In this document: positions 12,101-24,300 of the stretch, piece after piece | Numbering within the stretch: position 1 is the first letter of the stretch | Layout of the letters: every line of letters starts with the position of its first letter | Made by a program: the position numbers and the translations under genes | Notes under the pieces: generated by a model | Databases searched by the model: none | Seen by the model: only the letters and a program-made list of their open reading frames with translations | What the model was told of the DNA's origin: nothing | Origin: Octopus sinensis | Lineage: Eukaryota | NCBI RefSeq assembly: GCF_006345805.1 | Contig: NC_043025.1 | Coordinates: forward strand, 12,152,001 to 12,216,000 | DNA length: 64,000 nucleotides | Reading direction: 5' to 3'

Positions 12101-13745
12101 CCCCATTGAGAGAGTGCTTTGATACACTTCAATCAGGGAAGAGCAAACTGAAGTGTTGCTCCTACTGAGATCCACATTCCTTTATGAATGGGGTCACCCA
12201 AGTGAGACACCACAGCAGTCAGAATTAGAAAGGGTTTTGGTCTGTCTAGATTGGAGACAAAGGGGTGGGTGAAACCCTGTAACGCTTGGTGCAACAACAC
12301 AAGGGGAGAAATGAAGGGTGACTGCAATCAGTATAGGAAAAATAGATATCAGTGGATATTCACCAAACAGATGAAAATGGTGAAACATTACTCATGGCAT
12401 CTTGTAAACAGGGCAACATAGATGTCTTAAACATGTTAAAAGAGGGAGCAGATATTAAGACAAGAGACACAAAGGGTTAGACAGCTTTACATTATGCTGT
12501 GATCGGGTGAGTTTAGAATTAACATTGCACAATCAAAGCCTTGGCTGAAAGGGGATGAATGTGCCCCATTGAGACAGTCTATTGATACATGTCAGTCAGG
12601 GTAGGGTAAACTGGAAAGTTGCTCCGACTGAGATCCACATCCCAGAATGAATGCAGACAAGTGTGACACGACATCGGTCAAAAAGGGAAAATTGGCCACC
12701 CACTGGCTTGGACGATTTCAAAACAGAATAGAGGAGCAGTGATCTTCATATCTGGGATGGGGTCATGTGAAGAAATTCAGCGGGTAATGTGAATTAAGGG
12801 AACCAGACGCAAGGGGAAATGATGTCACACCAAGAAGCAGTGTGTTTAAACAGTCTCTTTGCTGGGCTGTCCAGTGCAGAAGGTGTGGCTAGGGATGTAT
12901 TCCTTTCTGACCAGGAGCTTAGACAGATTGCATAATAGGAAAAAAAGAAAAAAAAAAGGGTCCTCAAAGGATTCAATAAATAAATTCAAATACTGAAATT
13001 TATCTAAAAATGCCTGTTAACAGGGTAACACGAATTCAATAGATTTCATGACAAAAAAGGTCATACAGCATTGCATCATGTTGTGATTGGGTAAGTTTAG
13101 AATGAACATTGCTCAATCAAAGCCTTGGCTGAGAGGGGATGAGCATGCCCCATTGAGAGTGTGCTTTGATACATGTCAATCAGGGTAGGGCAAACTGAAG
13201 TGTTGCTCCTACAGAGATCCACATTCCATTATGAATGGAGACAGCCAAGTGTGACACCACAGCAGTCAGAAGTAGAACGGGTTTTCATGTGTCCAAATTG
13301 GAGACAAAGGGGTGAGTGAAACCCCGTAATCATGGTGCACAACACAAGGGGAGAAATGAAGGGTGGCTGCAATCAGTACTTGGAAAAATAGATATCAGAT
13401 GAATATGGTGAAACGTAACTCATGGCTGCTTGTAAACGGGGCAACATAGATGTCTGAAACATGTTAAAAGTGGGAGCAGATATTAAGACAAGATCCATCC
13501 AAATTTGATGACAAAATTTGGAGATGATCTCGACGTGGTAAATAAAAATGGTTAGACAGCTTTACATTGTGTTGTGATTGGGTAAGTTTAGAATTAACAT
13601 TTGCACAATCAAAGCCTTGGCCGAGAGGGCAACATAGATGTCTTAAACATGTTAAAAGAGGGGGCAGATATTAAAACAAGAGACAAAAAGGGTTAGACAG
13701 CTTTACATCATGCTGTGATTGGGTAAGTTTAGAATTAACTAAAAC
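6184..13745 (+). repeat. Ankyrin-exon-derived mosaic tandem array, block 1 (140-bp core unit plus interleaved modules; 1530-bp higher-order duplication)
   Basis: The unit reads GNIDV(L/C)NMLKEGADIKTRDKKG(*/Y)TALHHAVIG|gtaagtttagaattaac. About 28 donor-bearing copies. 6991-7960 recurs at +1530 and partly at about 11570-12500. Confidence 0.9.
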
Positions 13746-14530
13746 CTTCGGATCTGTTTGGTTTCAAAATTCCTCCCAATTCTAGAGTAGTGTAACATCC
13801 AAAGGTGAGGCATGCAAAAAGCACCACCCGGAGGTGACTGATGCCAGGGCGCCCTGGTAGACACCTGAATAGATTAGCAGTGATCTTTAGATCTGCGTGG
13901 GTTCATGTGAAGAAATTAAAGGGGCAATGAGAATGAGGACCAGAACCAAGAAGAAAGGATTTTCACATTACGAAGCATAGTATCTAAAGATTTCAGTCTC
14001 TTCTGGGTTGTCTCATGCAAAAGGTGTGGTTTGGGAAATTTCACATTTTGGCAAGAAGTTTAGGTAAAGTCCAGATAAACTTAATCAAATTTAGACAATG
14101 GCACTTACCTAACGAAGCCTGTGAAGTGGGTAACACAAGAATAATAAGTTTGAGGATAGAAGTTGGAGATGAGAGGAATCGGTGACAAAGACAATGAAAC
14201 AGCATTACATTATTCTGTGATTGGGTTAAGTTTAGAATTAACTAAAATCTCCAGATCTGAGTTTGTTTCTGAATTCCATCTAATTCTTGCCCAGTGAAAT
14301 ATTCAAAGATATGGCATGGAAAAAGCCCCACCCGAACATGACGAATGCCGGGGTCCCCTTACTATCTCCTGTATCGATCATCATCATCATCATTATCATT
14401 TAACGTCCGCTTTCCATGCTAGCATGGGTTGGACAGTTCAACTGGGGTCTGGGGAGCCCGAAGGCTGCACCAGGCCAGTCAGATCTGGCAGTGTTTGGCA
14501 GATAAATATCCGAATGTGATCAACACCAGC
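13735..14530 (+). repeat. Segment duplicated at about 18255-18930 (degenerate ankyrin-exon variant plus modules)
   Basis: Near-identical sequence from aaaccttcggatctgtttgg to gtgatcaacaccagctc. Confidence 0.85.
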
Positions 14531-14629
14531 TCCCTCAGGCTGGCTCCTTCGCTGATGGCACATAAAAAGCACACGCTACAGTCCGGAGTGGTTGGCATGT
14601 GGAAGGGCATTCAGCTTCAGGAACATTGC

Positions 14630-14780
14630 TGGATCCGATTGGAGGACGTCCACCACAGATGGCTTTGCTCTGTCGTAGATATCTAATGGAAGGAATCCAT
14701 CACCAACATTGAAGCGCTCAAGCAGGCCAACATCTGAGCATTGAAGACTTCCTGCTCTTCAGACAGCCTCAGGAGGGAAG
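14630..14780 (+). mobile_element. Degenerate RTE-like LINE RT C-terminal fragment
   Basis: LEDVHHRWLCSVVDI*WKESITNIEALKQA resembles the FHQRCLRxILxIxWxDxITNxEVL motif. Confidence 0.6.
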
Positions 14781-15069
14781 GCCATGTGAGAAGCATGCAC
14801 AAACCTAGATTGCCAAGGGATGTATTCGACAGCAAGCCCAGCTAAATCAAAAGGACACTCCCAACAGAAGAGTACCAGAGAACAGCTAAAATACCAGCTT
14901 ACCCTGGCAGAGATTTTCCCCACCCACAAAACAAGGTAGGAAGGAGTTGCAGCATAGAGTGGTGAGGTGAGAAACTGTATCCACACTACCGCAGGGGACC
15001 TTGAAAACACCCGAGCAAGTGCCACGGATGAGGAATTAACTAAAATCTCCAGATGTTTACTTTAATTAA

Positions 15070-17860
15070 TGAAATGTTTGCTTGTAAACAGGACGACACA
15101 GTTTCATGGGGACAAACTAATCTAATGATGGCCTGTAGAAAGGACGACAGTTTTATGGGGACGAACTCCTTTAATGTTTGCTTGTAAACAGGGCGACACA
15201 GTTTTATGGGGACGAACTCCTTTAATGTTGGCTTGTAAACAGGGCGACACAGTTTTATGGGGACAAACTCCTTTAATGTTGGCTTGTAAACAGGGCGACA
15301 CAGTTTTATGGGGACGAACTCCTTTAATGTTTGCTTGTAAAGAGGGCGACACAGTTTTATGGGGACGAACTCCTTTAATGTTTGCTTGTAAACAGGGCGA
15401 CACAGTTTTATGGGGACGAACTCCTTTAATGTTGGCTTGTAAACAGGGCGATACAGTTTTATGGGGACAAACTCATCTGATGATGGCCTGTAGAAAAGAC
15501 GACAGTTTTATGGGGACGAACTCCTTTAATGTTGGCTTCTAAACAGGGCGACACAGTTTTATGGGAACGAACTCATCTGATGATGGCCTGTAGAAAGGAC
15601 AAGAGTTTTATGTGGACAAACTCCTTTAATGTTTGCTTGTAAACAGGGCGACACAGTTTCATGGGGACAAACTCATCTAATGATGGCCTGTAGAAAGGAC
15701 AAGAGTTTTATGTGGACAAACTCCTTTAATGTTTGCTTGTAAACAGGGCGACACAGTTTCATGGGGACAAACTCATCTAATGATGGCCTGTAGAAAGGAC
15801 AAGAGTTTTACGTGGACAAACTCCTTTAATGTTTGCTTGTAAACAGGGCGACACAGTTTCATGGGGACAAACTCATCTAATGATGGCCTGTAGAAAGGAC
15901 AAGAGTTTTATGTGGACAAACTCCTTTAATGTTTGCTTGTAAACAGGGCGACACAGTTTCATGGGGACAAACTCATCTAATGATGGCCTGTAGAAAGGAC
16001 AAGTTTTTATGTGGACAAACTCCTTAATGTTTGCTTGTAAACAGGGCGACACAGTTTCATGGGGACAAACTCATCTAATGATGGCCTATAGAAAGGACAA
16101 GAGTTTTATGTGGACAAACTCCTTTAATGTTTGCTTGTAAACAGGGCGACACAGTTTCATGGGGACAAACTCATCTAATGATGGCCTGTAGAAAGGACAA
16201 GAGTTTTATGTGGACAAACTCCTTTAATGTTTGCTTGTAAACAGGGCGACACAGTTTCATGGGGATAAACTCATCTAATGATGGCCTGTAGAAAGGACAA
16301 GAGTTTTATGTGGACAAACTCCTTTAATGTTTGCTTGTAAACAGGGCGACACAGTTTCATGGGGACAAACTCATCTAATGATGGCCTATAGAAAGGACAA
16401 GAGTTTTATGTGGACAAACTCCTTTAATGTTTGCTTGTAAACAGGGCGACACAGTTTCATGGGGACAAACTCATCTAATGATGGCCTGTAGAAAGGACAA
16501 GAGTTTTATGTGGACAAACTCCTTTAATGTTGGCTTGTAAACAGGGCGACACAGTTTCATGGGGACAAACTCATCTAATGATGGCCTGTAGAAAGGACAA
16601 GAGTTTTATGTGGACAAACTCCTTTAATGTTGGCTTGTAAACAGGGCGACAGTTTCATGGGGACAAACTCATCTAATGATGGCCTGTAGAAAGGACAAGA
16701 GTTTTATGTGGACAAACTCCTTTAATGTTGGCTTCTAAACAGGGCGACACAGTTTCATGGGGACAAACTCATCTAATGATGGCCTGTAGAAAGGACGACA
16801 CAGTTTCATGGGGACAAACTCATCTAATGATTGCCTGTAGAAAGGACGAGAGTTTCATGGGGACAAACTCATCTAATGATGGCCTGTAGAAAGGACAAGA
16901 GTTTTATGTGGACAAACTCCTTTAATGTTGGCTTGTAAACAGGGCGACACAGTTTCATGGGGACAAACTCATCTAATGATGGCCTGTAGAAAGGACAAGA
17001 GTTTTATGTGGACAAACTCCTTTAATGTTTGCTTGTAAACAGGGCGACACAGTTTCATGGGGACAAACTCATCTAATGATGGCCTGTAGAAGGGACAAGA
17101 GTTTTATGTGGACAAACTCCTTTAATGTTTGCTTGTAAACAGGGCGACACAGTTTCATGGGGACAAACTCATCTAATGATGGCCTGTAGAAAGGACAAGA
17201 GTTTTACGTGGACAAACTCCTTTAATGTTTGCTTGTAAACAGGGCGACACAGTTTCATGGGGACAAACTCATCTAATGATGGCCTGTAGAAAGGACAAGA
17301 GTTTTATGTGGACAAACTCCTTTAATGTTTGCTTGTAAACAGGGCGACACAGTTTCATGGGGACAAACTCATCTAATGATGGCCTGTAGAAAGGACAAGA
17401 GTTTTATGTGGACAAACTCCTTTAATGTTTGCTTGTAAACAGGGCGACACAGTTTCATGGGGACAAACTCATCTAATGATTGCCTGTAGAAAGGACGAGA
17501 GTTTCATGGGGACAAACTCATCTAATGATGGCCTGTAGAAAGGACGACACAGTTTCATGGGGACAAACTCATCTCATGATGGCCTGTAGAAAGGTCAAGA
17601 GTTTTATGGGGACAAACTCCTTTAATGTTTGCTTGTAAACAGGGCGACACAGTTTTATGGGAACGAACTCATCTGATGATAGCCTGTAGAAAAGACGACA
17701 GGTTTATGGGGACGAACTCCTTTAATGTTGGCTTGTAAACAGGGCGACACAGTTTTAACAAACTTGTAGAAAGGGGTTGGAGTTGATTTCAACATGAGTG
17801 ACAAAATTGCTCCTACAGCTTTCAATGATGCCATGATTGGGTAGGGTCAGAATTAACTAA
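15070..17860 (+). repeat. Ankyrin-helix satellite: 51-bp monomer turning into a 100-bp (49+51) dimer, ending in the rest of the ankyrin exon and its donor
   Basis: Monomers translate GRTPLMFACKQGDTVLW / WGQTHLMMACRKD. The array runs into GVGVDFNMSDKIAPTAFNDAMIG|gtagggtcagaattaac at about 17760-17860. Confidence 0.9.
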
Positions 17861-18989
17861 AATCCTCAGATTTGCTTTAAAATTTCTTGCAATTCTCGAC
17901 TTGTGAAATATGAAAAATGCGGCACATAAGAAGCACAACCCGAAGGTGTTCGATGGCAGGGCCTCCTGAATAGAGTAGCAGCGATCTTTGGAGCTGGGGT
18001 GGGGTCATGTGAAGAAATGAAAGGGGCAATGAGAATGAGATGAGTTTGTCCTTACAAAAAAGGGGAAAAAAACTCCCCACTTACGGCTAATAAACTTAAT
18101 GAAATTTAGATGATAACACTCACCTAACGATGTCTGTGAAGTGGGTAACACAAGAATAATAAGTTTGAGGATAGAATTTGGAGATGATAAGAATCGGTGA
18201 CAAAGACAATGAAACAGCATTACATTATTCTGTGATTGGGTTAAGTTTAGAATTAACTAAAATCTTCGGATCTGTTTGGTTTCAAAATTCCTCCCAATTC
18301 TAGAGTAATGTAACATCCAAAGGTGAGGCATGCAAAAAGCACCACCCGGAGGTGACTGATGCCAGGGCGCCCTGGTAGACACCTGAATAGATTAGCAGTG
18401 ATCTTTAGATCTGCGTGGATTCATGTGAAGAAATTAAAGGGGCAATGAGAATGAGGACCAGAACCAAGAAGAAAGGATTTTCACATTGCGAAGCAGAGTA
18501 TCTAAAGATTTCAGTCTCTTTTGGGTTGTCCTTTGCAAAAGGTGTGGTTTGGGAAATTTTACATTTTGACAAGAAGTTTAGGTAAAGTCCAGATAAACTT
18601 AATCAAATTTAGACAATGGCACTTACCTAACGAAGCCTGTGAAGTGGGTAACACAAGAATAATAAGTTTGAGGATAGAATTTGGAGAAGATAGGAATCGG
18701 TGACAAAGACAATGAGACAGCATTACATTATTCTGTGATTGGGTTAAGTTTAGAATTAACTAAAATCTCCTGATCTGAGTTTGTTTCTGAATTCCATCCA
18801 ATTCTTGCCTGGTGAAATATTCTAAGATATGGCATGGAAAAAGCCCCACCCGAACATGATGAATGTCGGGGTCCCCTTACTAGCTCCCGTATCGATGGCA
18901 GATAAATATCTGAATGTGATCAACACCAGCTCACGACATCCTTCTAACCAGTATACGCTCCAAAAATTGGAAAAAGAAATAGCCTCTTA

Positions 18990-19800
18990 ACACCAAGCCA
19001 CAGTCGAACCAATTCTACTATATGGCTCAGAAACCTGGACGTTATCAAAGAAGCTTGAGAGGCGATTGGATGGAACCTACACTCGCCTCCTTATGAGAGC
19101 TCAAAATCTCTCGTGGAAGAGTCATCCAACCAAAGTACAAATATATGGAAAACTACCACCAGTATCAGCTCAGAGCCATAGGTTGCAGGGTTGTTGAGAT
19201 TTCAAACTTAAAATCTTCAAAGCCACAGTCGAACCAATTCTACTATATGGCTCAGAAACCTGGACGTTATCAAAGAAGCTTGAGAGGTGGTTGGATGGAA
19301 CCTACACTCGCCTCCTTATGAGAGCTCAAAATCTCTCGTGGAAGAGTCATCCAACCAAAGTACAAATATATGGAAAACTACCACCAGTATCAGCTCAGAG
19401 CCATAGGTTGCAGGGTTGTTGAGATTTCAAACTTAAAATCTTCAAAGCCACAGTCGAACCAATTCTACTATATGGCTCAGAAACCTGGACGTTATCAAAG
19501 AAGCTTGAGAGGCGGTTCGATTGAACCTACACTCGCCTCCTTATGAGAGCTCAAAATCTCTCGTGGAAGAGTCATCCAACCAAAGTACAAATATATGGGA
19601 AACTACCACCTGTGTCATCTCTTGTGAAAGGTAGGAGAGTCCAGTTTGCTGGACATTATTGTATAGCTGAAAACGAGGTAATTTCTACTCTTCTCCGCTG
19701 GAAGCCATCTATGCACGATACTAGAGGGTGCACACTCTCCTACCCTGATGTAATCTCCAGGGATACAAGCATCCAGCAACAGAATTGGTGATGACGTGAT
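18990..19800 (+). mobile_element. RTE-clade LINE RT C-terminal fragment, triplicated in tandem (225-bp period)
   Basis: KATVEPILLYGSETWTLSKKLERRLDGTYTRLLMRAQNLSW...; tatggctcag at 19021, 19246 and 19471. Confidence 0.85.
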
Positions 19801-20324
19801 GCAGATTCTATTACAGAAGTATGCATTGTTCATGATAATCAAGCCATCAACTTGTCTTCAATTGACTGGTAAGACAATGTTAGATTCCGGTGGAGATTTC
19901 TTAAGAGCTGCATACAGACCCAGTAGAAATAGAATTGTGGATGACACCATCGCGCAACCAAAACCATGACTTAGTGGGGATGAATCTGCCCTCTGAAGCA
20001 TTCCAGTATAAATGGAGACATCCATGTTTGGCCCCACAGCAGTCAGATTTAGAAGGGGTTAAATCTGTTCAGATAAGAGGGCAAGAATGGGTGAAGCCCC
20101 ATAATGCATGCCAGTTCACGTATCGTGTGTTTGGATGGTGGTTAGCGCCACTGATGAAAAAGCTGAGGGAGAGACCAGCCCTGTGACCCTGCGAAGATAA
20201 CAAAGGGAACATTGGCCACCCAAGGAGAGGAGCAGTGATCTTTAGACCTGGGGTGGTGTCACGTGAAGAAATGAATCGGGTAATGTGGATTGAGGGAACC
20301 AGACGCAAATTACATCCTAATAAA

Positions 20325-20500
20325 ATCAACGAAACATCTTCAAATGGTCAAACTCTCATGGTGACCTCTTGTTAGCAAGGTAACATAGAACTAATAAAGA
20401 CGATGTTAGGTGCCGGTGGAGATTTCTTTAACCAAATAAATTCAAATGGTTATACAGCTTTACATATGTTGTGATTGGATAAGAGTAGAATTAAATAAAA
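20325..20500 (+). pseudogene. Diverged full-length ankyrin exon remnant
   Basis: INETSSNGQTLMVTSC*QGNIELIKTMLGAGGDF...NGYTALH followed by a decayed donor (gataagagtagaattaa). Confidence 0.7.
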
Positions 20501-20849
20501 TTAAATAAAATGAGTGGACCAAAAGGAAGGGGAAATGATGTCACACCAAGAAGGAGTGTGTTTGAACAGTCTCTTTGCTGGGCTGTCCAGTGCAGAAGGT
20601 GTGGCTAGGGAAGTGTTCCTTTCTGATCAGAAGTTTGGGTCGATTGCATAAAAAGAAAGAAAATGAGGAAAAAATTAATTCAAGTGTAGAGAAAATTATC
20701 CAAAGAAATTCACAGAGTAAACTTACCTGATGAGTACTGGTTAGCAGGGTAACACAGACGTAACACACCTGTCGATAGGAGTTGGAGTTGACGTAAACGA
20801 GAGACACACCTGGGGATACAGTGTTACGTCATTGCTAAAATCCACACCT

Positions 20850-21140
20850 CCTTTGGACCTCTCCAGATGTGCGTACGGTAGAGTCATGCACTGCAAGTGC
20901 CCTGTAGAACCACGGTCCACAACATGGTTGTCATCATTTCTTTACGGGGTCAGACGTTTGGTTGCTGTACAGGAAGCAAGTCAGATGCAGGAGCACGTCC
21001 ACCACAGATGCCTTTGCTCCATCACAGAGTTCATCTCCTTGGAAGGAGGACACCACCAACAATGAAGCCCTCAAGCAGGCCCGCTTCTGTGCATTGAAGC
21101 CCTCATGCTCTTCAGACAGCCTCAGGAGGGCTCGGGTTGC
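20850..21140 (+). mobile_element. Degenerate RTE-like LINE RT C-terminal fragment
   Basis: LYG...LYRKQVR...EHVHHRCLCSI...WKEDTTNNEALKQA, with frameshifts. Confidence 0.6.
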
Positions 21141-21359
21141 ATTACACAGACATAGCGCACAGGACCTCCACGTTTGCCTGTATGCTAAATTCCTTGAATT
21201 CCCGAGCCACTCCTTACCAAAAGGGCCGTGTATCACATGGTTAGTAATTCCATACCATATTTGGAAATTTATTTTGCATCATTTCTTAAAGAAGTGAATT
21301 CATGATTAATCACCAATGCCAATAATAAATTTTAAAAAATGACTAGAATATAAATAGGC

Positions 21360-24300
21360 GAGCGAGTAAACGGGGTTACATATGTCCAGATCGGACACAA
21401 AGGGGTGGAGGAAGCCCCGTAATGCATAGTGCACACCGCAAGGGGAGAAATGAAGGGTGACTGCAATCAGTACAGGAAAAATACGTATCAGTGGATATTC
21501 ACCAAACAGATGAAAATGGTGAAACGTAACTCATGGCTGCTTGTAAATGGGGCAACATAGATGTCTTAAACATGTTAAAAGTGGGAGCAGATATTAAAAC
21601 AAGATCCATCCAAATTTGATGACAAAATTTGGAGATGATCTCAACGTGGTAAACAAAAATGGTTAGACAGCTTTCCATTATGGTGTGATTAGGTAAGTTT
21701 AGAATTAACATTGCACAATCAAAGCCTTGGCTGAGAGGGCAACATAGATGTCTTAAACATGTTAAAAGAGGGAGCAGATATTAAAACAAAATCCAACAAG
21801 GGTTATACAGCTTTACATTGTGCTGTGATGGGGTAAGTTTAGAATTAACATTGGACAATCAAAGCCTTGGCCGAGAGGGCAACATAGATGTCTTAAACAT
21901 TTTAAAAGAGGGAGCAGATATTAAGACAAGATCCATCCAAATTTGATGACAAAATTTGGAGATGATCTCAAAGTGGTAAACAAAAATTGTTAGACAGCTT
22001 TCCATTATGGTGTGATTAGGTAAGTTTAGAATGAACATTGCACAATCAAAGCCTTGGCCGAGAGGGCAACATAGATGTCTGCAACATGTTAAAAGAGGGA
22101 GCAGATATTAAAACAAGAGACAAAAAGGGTTAGACAGCTTTACATGGTGCTGTGATCGGGTGAGTTTAGAATGAACATTGCACAATCAAAGCCTTGGCCG
22201 AGAGGGCAACATAGATGTCTGCAACATGTTAAAAGAGGGACCAGATATTAAGACACGAACTAATGAGGGTTAGACAGCTTTCCATTATGGTGTGATTGGG
22301 TGAGTTTAGAATTAACATTGCACAATCAAAGCCTTGGCTGAGAGGGCAACATAGATGTCTGCAACATGTTAAAAGAGGGAGCATGTATTAAAACACAATC
22401 TAACAAGGGTTAGACAGCTTTCCATTATGCTGTGATGGGGTAAGTTTAGAATTAACATTGCTCAATCAAAGCCTTGGCTGAGGGGGCAACATAGATGTCT
22501 TAAACATGTTAAAAGAGGGACCAGATATTAAAACAAAAGATGTCTGTGGTTAGACAGCTTTACATGGTGCTGTGATCGGGTGAGTTTAGAATTAACATTG
22601 CACAATCAGAGCCTTGGCCGAGAGGGCAACATAGATGTCTGCAACATGTTAAAAGAGGGAGCAGATATTAAAACAAGAGACAAAAAGGGTTAGACAGCTT
22701 TACATGGTGCTGTGATCGGGTGAGTTTAGAATTAACATTGCACAATCAGAGCCTTGGCCGAGAGGGCAACATAGATGTCTGCAACATGTTAAAAGAGGGA
22801 GCAGATATTAAAACAAGAGACAAAAAGGGTTAGACAGCTTTACATGGTGCTGTGATCGGGTGAGTTTAGAATTAACATTGCACAATCAGAGCCTTGGCCG
22901 AGAGGGCAACATAGATGTCTGCAACATGTTAAAAGAGGGAGCAGATATTAAAACAAGAGACAAAAAGGGTTAGACAGCTTTACATGGTGCTGTGATCGCG
23001 TGAGTTTAGAATTAACATTGCACAATCAAAGCCTTGGCTGAGAGGGCAACATAGATGTCTTAAACATGTTAAAAGAAGGGGCATATATTAAAACAAAATC
23101 CAACAAGGGTTATACAGCTTTACATTGTGCTGTGATGGGGTAAGTTTAGAATTAACATTGGACAATCAAAGCCTTGGCCGAGAGGGCAACATAGATGTCT
23201 TAAACATTTTAAAAGAGGGAGCAGATATTAAGACAAGATCCATCCAAATTTGATGACAAAATTTGGAGATGATCTCAAAGTGGTAAAGAAAAATTGTTAG
23301 ACAGCTTTCCATTATGGTGTGATTAGGTAAGTTTAGAATTACATTGCACAAATCAAAGCCTTGGCCGAGAGGGCAACATAGATGTCTTAAACATGTTAAA
23401 AGAGGGAGCAGATATTAAAACAAGAGACAAAAAGGGTTATACAGCTTTACATGGTGCTGTGATCGGGTGAGTTTAGAATGAACATTGCACAATCAAAGCC
23501 TGGCCGAGAGGGCAACATAGATGTCTTAAACATTTTAAAGAAGGGACCAGATATTAAGAAAGAACGAACTAATGAGGTTAGACAGCTTCCATTATGGTGT
23601 GATTGGGTGAAGTTTAGAATAACATTGCACAATCAAAGCCTTGGCCGAGAGGGCAACATAGATGTCTGCAACATGTTAAAAGAGGGAGCAGTATTAAAAC
23701 ACAATCAAACAAGGGTTAGACAGCTTTCATTATGCTGTGATGGGTGAGTTTAGAATGAACATTGCTCAATCAAAGCCTTGGCCGAGAGGGGCAACATAGA
23801 TGTCGTAACATGTTAAAAGAGGGACCAGATATTAAAACAAAGAACTAATGAGGGTTAGACAGCTTTACAATGGTGCTGTGATCGGGTGAGTTTAGAATTA
23901 ACATTGCACAATCAAAGCCTTGCCGAGAGGGCAACATAGATGTCTGCAACATGTTAAAGAGGGAGCAGATATTAACACAAGACAAAAAAGGGTTAGACAG
24001 CTTTACATTATGCTGTGATCGGGTGAGTTTAGAATTAACATTGCACAATCAAAGCCTTGGCTGAGAGGGCAACATAGATGTCTTAAACATGTTAAAAAGA
24101 GGGCATATATTAAAACAAAATCCAACAAGGTTAGACAGCTTACATGTGCTGTGATGGGTAGTTTAGAATTAACATTGCACAATCAAAGCCTTGGCCGAGA
24201 GGGCAACATAGATGTCTTAAACATTTAAAAGAGGGAGACAGATCCAAATTTGAACAAAAGGAGATGACTCAAAGTGTAAAGAAAAATTGTTAGACAGCTT

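Noticed and set aside
15174-15542. 122-aa ankyrin-like ORF as a functional protein
   Set aside because: It repeats only the first ankyrin helix, has no splice acceptor, and the frame is lost when the dimer begins.
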